From contig NC_009073.1 of assembly GCF_000015805.1 (NCBI RefSeq), forward strand, positions 360,001 through 392,000: DNA of 32,000 bases, written 5' to 3'. Below the pieces are notes generated by a model. That model saw only the letters and a list, made by a program, of their open reading frames with translations. It did no database searches and was not told the origin of the DNA. Position numbers and translations under genes: made by a program. The stretch is from Pyrobaculum calidifontis JCM 11548. GTDB lineage: Archaea > Thermoproteota > Thermoprotei > Thermoproteales > Thermoproteaceae. Shown piece by piece: positions 1 to 7,508 of this stretch (position 1 is the stretch's first letter; every line of letters begins with the position of its first letter).

Positions 1-211
1 CGTATGCCACAGCGGTGTAGGGGTTCCTCATTCTGAGAAGGGCTGTCCCGCGTATTCCGTAGATGGGCCTCTCCGTGACGTTTATAACAGTGGTCGCCAG
101 ACCTCTGGTGGACAACGCGTCAGCTATATATTTCTCAGAGACTGTGGGGCTGTCCGTGAGAATGTAAATCGCCCCACTTTCCCCTCTGGCCCCAGATCCA
201 TGCACCCCCAC
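1..211 (-). CDS. hypothetical protein, N-terminal part only (gene runs off the left edge of the window)
   Basis: The minus-strand frame is stop-free from GTG at 211 (alternative GTG at 205) to position 1, giving 70 codons: VGVHGSGARGESGAIYILTDSPTVSEKYIADALSTRGLATTVINVTERPIYGIRGTALLRMRNPYTAVAY. It is absent from the ORF track because it has no stop in the window. TATA-like elements lie just upstream (221-256). The family was not recognised. Confidence 0.4.
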   Translation of the reverse strand, partial: MGVHGSGARGESGAIYILTDSPTVSEKYIADALSTRGLATTVINVTERPIYGIRGTALLRMRNPYTAVAY

Positions 212-220
212 TCGACCCCC

Positions 221-256
221 TATAAAAACTTTTTTCTTCGAAAGGGTTATATATAG
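221..256. promoter_or_regulatory. bidirectional A/T-rich promoter region (TATA-like elements tataaaaac 221-229 and ttatatatag 247-256)
   Basis: This is the only A/T-rich patch between the divergent minus-strand ORF (start 205/211) and ATG 274. The centre of the 247-256 element lies about 23 nt upstream of ATG 274, as expected for a leaderless archaeal mRNA. Confidence 0.5.
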
Positions 257-273
257 GGGCTTTTGGTGAGGCT

Positions 274-1421
274 ATGGAAAACGTTTCGGGGACAGTGTAT
301 ACCTCCGGTGTATAAACTGCGGAGAGAGGTACGCCCCAAGCTTTAGGCTGTATAAGTGCCCAAAGTGCGGCGGTCTGTTGGAGGTTGTAGTTGGCGAGAA
401 GTACTGGGCCCCCAAGGGGCGCGGCGTGTGGAGATATGCGTCTATGCTCCCTGTGAAAAACGGCGTGACGATGGGGGAGGGCCAGACCCCCCTAGTTCCC
501 TCCACGCTTAAGCCAAACCTCTACGTGAAATACGACGGAGCAAACCCCACCGGCAGCTTTAAAGACAGGGGCATGGCGCTTGGCGTCACTGTTGCCAAGC
601 TGAGCGGGGCAAACAAGGTGGTAGTCGCCTCCACTGGCAACACCGCCGCGTCGGCCGCGGCCTACGCCGCGAGGGCGGGGCTGAAGTGCTACGTAGTGCT
701 CCCAAGGGGCAACGTGGCCCGCGGAAAGCTGATGCAAGCCGCACTCCACGGGGCCGAGCTAGTGATGTTAAACGGCCTCTTTGACAAGGCGCTTGAATAT
801 GTGGTAAACTACGGGACGAAGTACGCCTACCCCCTCAACAGCTTTAACCCGTGGCGCCTCGAGGGGCAGAAGACCGCGGCCTTTGAAATATATGAAGAGG
901 TGGGGTGCCCCGACTACGTGGTCGTGCCCGTGGGGAACGCGGGCAACATCTCAGCCATTTGGAAGGGGTTTAAAGAGCTGTGGGAGCTGGGCTTGTGCAA
1001 GAAGTTGCCCAAGATGGTTGGCGTGCAGGCGGAGGGCGCGGCCCCTATTGCGAATGCGTGGGCCATGGGGAAGAGGGCCCCCATATTCCTCGACGAGCCT
1101 CACACCGTGGCCACCGCCATTAAGATAGGAAAACCTATAAATTGGCCAAAGGCCGTAGCCGCCGTGGAGGAGTCAGGCGGGCTCTTCGTAACGGTGTCCG
1201 ACGAAGAGATCCTCAGAGCGCAGAGGCTTTTGGCGTCTAGAGACGGCTTGGGAGCAGAGCCCGCCGGCGCGGCATCTGTGGCAGCGGCCCTAAAACTCGA
1301 CTTAAGCGGCACCGTCGTGGCCGTTGTTACGGGGCACGCGCTTAAGGACCCCGACGTGGTCGAAATCTCGGCCAGAGAGGTTAGAAACGCCGACGAGCTT
1401 GTGGAGCTGTTGGAGAAATGA
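274..1421 (+). CDS. thrC: threonine synthase (PLP-dependent), with an N-terminal Zn-ribbon; the 5' end is frame-disrupted or has a non-canonical start
   Basis: The 347-aa ORF 378-1421 carries the PLP-lysine motif GSFKDRG and the tryptophan-synthase-beta-like fold motifs ASTGNTAAS and VPVGNAGN. The same frame is open back to 270 and encodes [24 protein letters not shown], the CxxC...CxxC ribbon typical of archaeal ThrC, but it has no ATG/GTG/TTG before TTG 378. The well-placed ATG at 274 is in the -1 frame (see finding). Confidence 0.85.
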
Positions 1422-2308
1422 GGGCGCCGTCCACAAGCGCAAACCTCGGCGCAGGCTTCGACGTCGTGGCCGTGGCGCACGACGCCTACTTCGCCGAGGC
1501 GTACGTGGCCGTGGAGCAGGGCTGCGGCGTGGCTGTAAAATTCAAGGGATACGACCCGGGGGAGAACAACACCGTGTCACTGGCCTTCCGCCACCTCTTC
1601 AACATGCTCGGCATCTGTAGACAGGTAGAGGTGGTGGTGGACAACCGCATCCCCCTTGCCAGGGGTCTGGGCAGCAGCGGGGCCTCCGCAGTGGCCGCCC
1701 TAGCCGCGTTCATCCGCGAGGCGGGGCTGAAGGCGGAGCCCAAGCTGGTAGTAGAGGCGGCGGGCCTTGGGGAGGTGGCCGCCGCCGGGTCGCCCCACTT
1801 CGACAACGTGGCCGGAGCCGCCCTCGGCGGGGCAGTGGTGGTGGTCTCCACGTCGCCGCTGGAGGTGGTGAAGTTCAGCCCCAAGCTCCTCTTCGTGGTG
1901 GGGGTGCCAGACGTCCCGCCGATCCCAGAGAAGACTAGGCTCATGAGGAGCGTCCTACCCAGGGAGGTGCCCTTCAAGACCTATGTTGCCCAGTTGGCCA
2001 GAGTCTCTGCCCTAGTGGCTGGCTTCGCCACCTCTAACCCGCGGCTTGTGGCACTGGGCATGTCAGACGACGTGGTTGAGCCGGCGAGGGCGCCCTACGT
2101 ACACGGGTACGCCCGGGCCAGGCGGTACGCCCTCGAGGCCGGGGCGCTGGGCTTTGCAATATCCGGCGCCGGGCCCTCCGTGGTGGCGCTGGTAGACGAC
2201 AAGCACAGCGACGCTGTAAGGGCGGCGCTCGCCAGGGCCTATGCGGAAGAGGGGCTTAGGGCCGAGGTAAAAGTGGCGCAGGTGGCAGAGGGGGCGCTGG
2301 GGGTATGA
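1418..2308 (+). CDS. thrB: homoserine kinase (GHMP kinase family)
   Basis: GHMP motif [17 protein letters not shown]-terminus [15 protein letters not shown] is typical of ThrB. ATGA overlap with the thrC stop (1418-1421). Confidence 0.9.
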
Positions 2309-3297
2309 GGCCGGTGGTAAAGATAGGGGGCTCCCTTCTCCGCTCCGCCGACGACTTCATAAGGGCGGCCAAGTTCCTGGCAAGCTATGAGAGGCCCCCC
2401 ATAGCGGTTGTGTCGGCGGTTAAAGGTGTGACAGACATGTTGCTGGAGCTCTACAAGACTAGGAGCTACCTAATGTTCGAAGAGGTGGCCCACAGGCACA
2501 TCTCCATCGCCAGGGCCCTGGGCGTGGAGGACGAGGTGGCGCCGCTTTTGAGGGAGCTTGAGGCCGCCCTTCAACTGCCGAAGGAGCCCTGGGCCGTGGA
2601 CTACTTCGCCTCATTCGGCGAGAGGCTTTCAGCCACCATACTGGCAAGTGTCGCGAGGCGAATGGGCATCGCGGCCAAGTTGTACATAGCGCCTATAGTC
2701 ACCGACAGCTCCTTTGGAAACGCCACCCCCATCCGCTTGGACTACGCCGACGAGCTTAGGGAGGGGGACGTCTTGGCGGTGGTGACTGGGTTTATCGGCC
2801 GAGACAGAGAGGGCAGATTTACGACGGTGGGGCGCGGGGGGAGCGACTACACAGCCACCTACATAGGCAAGGAGATAGGGGCCAGAAAGGTCTTCCTAAT
2901 CACAGACGCCCCAGGGGTCATGACGGCGGACCCGCGAGAGGTTGAGGAGGCGGAGGTCCTCCCCCTCATGTCTATCTACGAGGCAGTGGCCGCGGCTCAG
3001 GCTGGCGCGAAGAACTTCCACCCGCGCACCTTCCAGCCGGTCCTAGAGGCGGGGAACATGGCCGTAGAAGTGAGGAGCTACCACAGCCGGGGCACTCTAA
3101 TAGGCCACATATACCCCCCGCCACCCTACAAGGTTGTTACGAGGTGCGGACAGGGGAGTTGTGTGGTGGGCCTAGCCGCGGAGGAGTTGACCAAGCTAGG
3201 CGGCGTCTCCCTAGGGCGTTACACGTGCCGCCTCGACATTCCGCCTAGGCAGGCCCACGAGCTTTTGGTAAAGCCGTATATAAAGTATATAAAGTAG
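2305..3297 (+). CDS. aspartate kinase (amino-acid kinase family), compact 330-aa form
   Basis: N-terminal VVKIGGSLL nucleotide-binding motif, GRGGSDYTA motif and [13 protein letters not shown] motif. 4-nt overlap with the thrB stop. Pathway context with asd and hom. Confidence 0.85.
3277..3294 (+). promoter_or_regulatory. tandem TATA boxes (TATATAAAG x2) inside the last codons of the aspartokinase gene; putative internal promoter for asd-hom
   Basis: There is an exact 9-nt tandem duplication at 3277-3285 and 3286-3294. The second copy is centred about 24-25 nt upstream of the asd ATG (3314). Confidence 0.5.
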
Positions 3298-3313
3298 TAG
3301 GAGAGGCGACTAT

Positions 3314-4336
3314 ATGGACCGCCTCAAGGTATATATCATAGGCGCCACAGGGCTCGTGGGCCAACGCTACGTCCAACTGCTGGCGGACCACCCCTGGTTC
3401 GAGGTAGTGGGCCTCGCGGCCTCTGAGAAAAGCGCCGGCAAGAGACTGGCGGAGGCTGGGTGGGTGCTGGACGAGGCGCCGCCCCCCTCCCTCGCCGATA
3501 TGAAGATTGAAAAGCTGGACGTGGACAAGGTGCCCAAGGTGGACTTCGTCTTCTCGGCGCTTCCCAGCGAGGTGGCGGCGAAGGTGGAGCCCGCCCTCGC
3601 CGCGCGGGGCCACGTGGTGCTCTCCAACTCGAGCAACATGAGAATGGACCCAGACGTCCCCCTAATAGTGCCTGAGATAAACCCAGAGGACCTCAAGCTC
3701 GTGGAAGAGCAGAGGAGGACGCGGGGGTGGAGCGGGGCAGTGGTGAAGAAGCCCAACTGCACCACCACAATACTCAACCTCCCGCTCAAGCCCATTTTAG
3801 ACGAGTGGGGGATAAGAGCCGTCCACGTGGTGACTATGCAAGCCCTCTCCGGCGCGGGGTACGCCGGCGTTCCCTCTGTGGCCATCTTGGACAACCTCAT
3901 ACCCCACATAAGAGGCGAAGAGGAAAAGGTGGTGGCAGAGACGCGGAAGATCTTAAAGAGGGACTTTGAGATCTACGCCACCACGACCCGCGTCCCAGTA
4001 TTGGACGGCCACACAGAAGTCGTCTACGTTGACACCGAGAGGGACTTCGACGAGACCGCGGTGGCCGAGGCGTTGGCCAAGTTCAAGGGACTTCCCCAGG
4101 AGCTCGGCTTGCCCACAGCCCCCCAGAGGCCTATAGTGGTCAGGAGCCAGGCCGACAGGCCCCAGCCCAGGCTGGACAGGTGGGAGGGACGTGGGATGTC
4201 CGTGGTGGTGGGGAGAGTGAGGAGACTTGCCCCCAGGAAGCTGGCCTTCGTAGTCCTAGGCCACAACACTGTGAGAGGCGCCGCAGGCAACTCGGTTCTG
4301 ACTGCCGAGCTTATGGCGAAGCTGGGGGTTAGATGA
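3314..4336 (+). CDS. asd: aspartate-semialdehyde dehydrogenase
   Basis: N-terminal Rossmann motif IIGATGLVGQ, active-site Cys motif KPNCTTT, and C-terminal GHNTVRGAAG motif. Confidence 0.92.
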   Translation: MDRLKVYIIGATGLVGQRYVQLLADHPWFEVVGLAASEKSAGKRLAEAGWVLDEAPPPSLADMKIEKLDVDKVPKVDFVFSALPSEVAAKVEPALAARGHVVLSNSSNMRMDPDVPLIVPEINPEDLKLVEEQRRTRGWSGAVVKKPNCTTTILNLPLKPILDEWGIRAVHVVTMQALSGAGYAGVPSVAILDNLIPHIRGEEEKVVAETRKILKRDFEIYATTTRVPVLDGHTEVVYVDTERDFDETAVAEALAKFKGLPQELGLPTAPQRPIVVRSQADRPQPRLDRWEGRGMSVVVGRVRRLAPRKLAFVVLGHNTVRGAAGNSVLTAELMAKLGVR

Positions 4337-5259
4337 TACTCCTCTTCGGCTTCGGAGGTGTGGGCAGGACGCTGGCCCAGCAGATATACCAAAGGACGAG
4401 GCTCAAGATAGTTGCTGTGTTTGACTCAAGCGGCGGAGTCTACAAACGCGGCGGCTTTACAAGTGAGGAGGTGGAGAAGCTCGTGTCCCTCCCCCGTGGG
4501 TCCCTCGTCAAGGCCCCAGTGGGCGAGAAGGTGGACATAGACCACGCACTAGACGAGGCAGAGATTGTCGTGGATGTGAGCCCTCCCAACTACGAGACGG
4601 GGGAACCGGCCTACACGCTCTACAAAAAGGCGCTGCAAAAGGGGAAGGCTGTGGTCACGGCAAATAAGGCCCCACTCGCCCTCCACTTTGACGAACTCAG
4701 AGACGGGGTCTACTACAAGGCCACGGTAATGGCGGGGACTCCCCTCGTCGATCTTCTAAAGGGCCTTGAGCCGCAGCGGGTGGAGAGCTTCATGGGTATA
4801 CTAAACGGGAGCACTAACTACATTTTGACGCGTGTCTATAAGGACGGCGTGTCCTTCGAGGCCGCTTTGGGAGAGGCGCGGACTAAGGGCATACTTGAGC
4901 CAGACCCCAGGCTAGACCTCGAGGGGGTGGACGCCGCGGCAAAGCTGGTAATCGTTGCGAACACCCTAGGTGTCTCTCTCAAGCTGGGCCAAGTGGCCCG
5001 CGAACCCCTAACGCCGATGGGGCCGGTGACAAAATACGTAGCATACCTCGACGTTGGTGCACAGAGGGGAGAGGTAAAGCCTGTGAGACTAGACCCAGCC
5101 CATCCACTGGCAAATGTGGACTATACACTAAACGCGGCGTATATAAAGACTGAGGTCAACGACATCTATCTGGTGGGTAAAGGCGCTGGACGCCTAGAAA
5201 CAAGCCTAGCACTGCTTAACGACATACTAAGCTTCTACAAGACTCTAAGGGGCAAGTGA
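4333..5259 (+). CDS. hom: homoserine dehydrogenase
   Basis: NAD-binding motif FGFGGVGRT, VTANKAPLA, and GILNGSTNYIL, which is characteristic of homoserine dehydrogenases. ATGA overlap with the asd stop. Confidence 0.88.
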   Translation: MILLFGFGGVGRTLAQQIYQRTRLKIVAVFDSSGGVYKRGGFTSEEVEKLVSLPRGSLVKAPVGEKVDIDHALDEAEIVVDVSPPNYETGEPAYTLYKKALQKGKAVVTANKAPLALHFDELRDGVYYKATVMAGTPLVDLLKGLEPQRVESFMGILNGSTNYILTRVYKDGVSFEAALGEARTKGILEPDPRLDLEGVDAAAKLVIVANTLGVSLKLGQVAREPLTPMGPVTKYVAYLDVGAQRGEVKPVRLDPAHPLANVDYTLNAAYIKTEVNDIYLVGKGAGRLETSLALLNDILSFYKTLRGK

Positions 5260-5501
5260 GGCCTTCGGTAAATTTATCGGTTAGTCGAAACTCGTCTACG
5301 GTGTACACAAATTGTACAGAAAGTAGAAAAAGTGTACATTATGAATTTTAGACATTAGGAAAAAGCTATTTGATTAAGCGTTAGTCGCTTCTTTCGATAT
5401 ATTTTTGCCCTTTTGTCATGAGTAAAATTCGCATATTTAATTAATTCAAAATTATATTAAATTAAAGAAACATTTAAAAATATAAAGGGTGATGAACAAG
5501 C
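5260..5501. promoter_or_regulatory. long A/T-rich control region upstream of acs, with repeated palindromes and a TATA element
   Basis: Hand count gives 60 G+C in 220 nt over 5281-5500 (about 27 percent), against GC-rich flanks. TGTACA occurs at 5303-5308, 5313-5318 and 5333-5338. GTTAGTCG occurs at 5280-5287 and 5390-5397. The TATA-like tttaaaaatataaag (5473-5487) is centred about 22 nt upstream of ATG 5502. Confidence 0.55.
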
Positions 5502-7508
5502 ATGCAAACCATTCAAAAAGAGACCGAACTACCATTCGAGGAGTATATAATGAATAATAAGTGGCAGGGGAGGTCTATAGATGTAAAGAGCTATTGGCAA
5601 TTTCACGCCAAATCGCTTGAGAACTTTGAAGAGTTTTGGGCCTCTGTAGCCAAGGAGCTTGAGTGGTTTAAGCCGTGGGATAAGGTGCTGGATGCGTCTA
5701 ACCCGCCGTTCTACAAGTGGTTTGTTGGAGGCCGCCTCAACTTGTCCTACCTTGCGGTAGATAGGCACGTAAAGACGTGGCGTAAGAACAAGCTGGCCAT
5801 CGAGTGGGAGGGAGAGCCGGTTGACGACGCAGGGTACCCCACCGATAGGCGGAAGTTGACATACTACGACCTATTCCGCGAGGTAAACCGCGTCGCATGT
5901 ATGCTAAAGTGCAACTTTGGAATTAAGAAGGGGGACAGAATTACCCTCTACCTCCCCATGATCCCAGAGTTGCCTATAACAATGCTAGCCGCTTGGAGGA
6001 TAGGGGCTATTACAAACGTGGTATTTTCCGGCTTCTCGGCGGACGCGCTTGCTGAGCGCATCAACGACTCGCAGTCTAGGATTGTGATAACTGCCGACGG
6101 GTTCTGGCGGAGGGGGAAAGTGGTGAGACTAAAGGAGGTGGTGGACCAGGCCCTGGAGAAGGCCAGCGGCGTGGAACACGTGATTGTGTACCCAAGACTG
6201 GGGCTAAAGGACACGCCTATGACAGAGGGGAGAGACTATCTGTGGACTAAGGTTATGCAAGGCATAAAGCCAAACGTGTACATTGAGCCAGAGCCCGTTG
6301 AGAGCGAGCACCCATCCTTCATCTTGTACACCTCTGGCACCACGGGCAAGCCCAAGGGAATTGTGCACGACACCGGCGGGTGGGCCGTCCACGTATATGC
6401 AACAATGAAGTGGGTGTTCGACATACGTGACGACGATGTGTACTGGTGCACCGCAGACATTGGCTGGGTGACGGGCCACTCCTACGTCGTGCTTGGCCCA
6501 CTCCTCATGGGGGCCACAAACATAATCTACGAGGGAGCACCTGACTATCCACAGCCAGACCGCTGGTGGTCTATCATAGAGCGCTACGGCGTCACAATCT
6601 TCTACACCTCGCCCACGGCCATTAGAATGTTTATGCGCTACGGCGAAGAGTGGCCAAGGAGACACGACCTCTCCACTCTCCGCATTATACACTCGGTGGG
6701 GGAGCCCATAAATCCTGAGGCTTGGCGCTGGGCCTACCGCGTCTTAGGCGGAGAGAAAGTAGCCTTTGGCTCCACTTGGTGGATGACTGAGACCGGCGGC
6801 ATTGTGATAAGCCACGCCCCAGGCCTCTACCTAGTCCCCATGAAGCCTGGCACAAACGGCCCGCCGCTACCCGGCTTCGAGGTAGATGTTGTGGACGATT
6901 CGGGGAAGCCCGTCCCGCCGGGCGTAAGGGGGTACTTAGTCATCAAGAGGCCGTGGCCTGGGATGCTCCACGGGATTTGGGGAGACCCCGAGCGCTACAT
7001 TAAGACCTACTGGTCGAGGTTCCCGGGGATGTTCTACGCTGGCGATTACGCGATTAAGGACCAGGACGGCTACATATGGGTGCTGGGCCGCGCCGACGAG
7101 GTAATAAAGGTGGCTGGCCACCGCTTAGGCACGTACGAGCTGGAGTCCACGTTGGTGGGCCACAAGGCGGTGGCCGAGGCTGCTGTGGTGGGCGTGCCCG
7201 ACCCAGTGAAAGGCGAGGTGCCCATAGCCTTCGTGGTACTGAAGCAGGGGGTTGCCCCATCGGAGGAACTACGCAAGGAGCTTAGGGAGCACGTGAGAAA
7301 GACCATTGGCCCCATCGCGGAGCCAGCCCAGATATTCTTCGTCACAAAGTTGCCTAAGACTAGGTCTGGGAAAATAATGCGCCGCCTGCTCAAGGCCGTG
7401 GCCACGGGGGCGCCGCTCGGCGACGTGACCACGCTCGAGGACGAGACCTCGGTGGAGGAGGCCAAGAAGGCCTACCAAGAGCTGAGGGCTGAGGTGGAGA
7501 AGGCATGA
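5502..7508 (+). CDS. acs: acetyl-CoA synthetase (AMP-forming)
   Basis: 668 aa. AMP-binding signature YTSGTTGKPKG, WWMTETGG, and the C-terminal PKTRSGKIMRR motif containing the conserved catalytic/acetylatable Lys. Confidence 0.95.
   Translation: MQTIQKETELPFEEYIMNNKWQGRSIDVKSYWQFHAKSLENFEEFWASVAKELEWFKPWDKVLDASNPPFYKWFVGGRLNLSYLAVDRHVKTWRKNKLAIEWEGEPVDDAGYPTDRRKLTYYDLFREVNRVACMLKCNFGIKKGDRITLYLPMIPELPITMLAAWRIGAITNVVFSGFSADALAERINDSQSRIVITADGFWRRGKVVRLKEVVDQALEKASGVEHVIVYPRLGLKDTPMTEGRDYLWTKVMQGIKPNVYIEPEPVESEHPSFILYTSGTTGKPKGIVHDTGGWAVHVYATMKWVFDIRDDDVYWCTADIGWVTGHSYVVLGPLLMGATNIIYEGAPDYPQPDRWWSIIERYGVTIFYTSPTAIRMFMRYGEEWPRRHDLSTLRIIHSVGEPINPEAWRWAYRVLGGEKVAFGSTWWMTETGGIVISHAPGLYLVPMKPGTNGPPLPGFEVDVVDDSGKPVPPGVRGYLVIKRPWPGMLHGIWGDPERYIKTYWSRFPGMFYAGDYAIKDQDGYIWVLGRADEVIKVAGHRLGTYELESTLVGHKAVAEAAVVGVPDPVKGEVPIAFVVLKQGVAPSEELRKELREHVRKTIGPIAEPAQIFFVTKLPKTRSGKIMRRLLKAVATGAPLGDVTTLEDETSVEEAKKAYQELRAEVEKA

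Noticed and set aside
1486-4392. Long antisense or alternative-frame ORFs within the threonine cluster (for example 1486-1977, 3367-3909, 4024-4392 on the minus strand)
   Set aside because: They lie fully inside strongly supported enzyme genes on the opposite strand. Their Ser/Thr/Ala/Pro-rich compositions are typical of antisense GC-rich coding DNA.
5260-5501. The A/T-rich 242-bp region as a replication origin
   Set aside because: There is no adjacent orc1/cdc6 gene and no ORB or mini-ORB-like repeats (nothing resembling the CCAGTGGAAA-type core). The position, directly upstream of a leaderless gene with a well-spaced TATA box, fits a promoter/operator region better.
5550-7508. Alternative acs start at the internal ATG 5550 (MNNKWQGRS...)
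   Set aside because: The TATA-like element at 5473-5487 is spaced correctly for ATG 5502. The tatataa at 5540-5546 is too close to 5550 to serve as its promoter. The 5502 start is kept, though the first 16 codons are A/T-rich and unverified.
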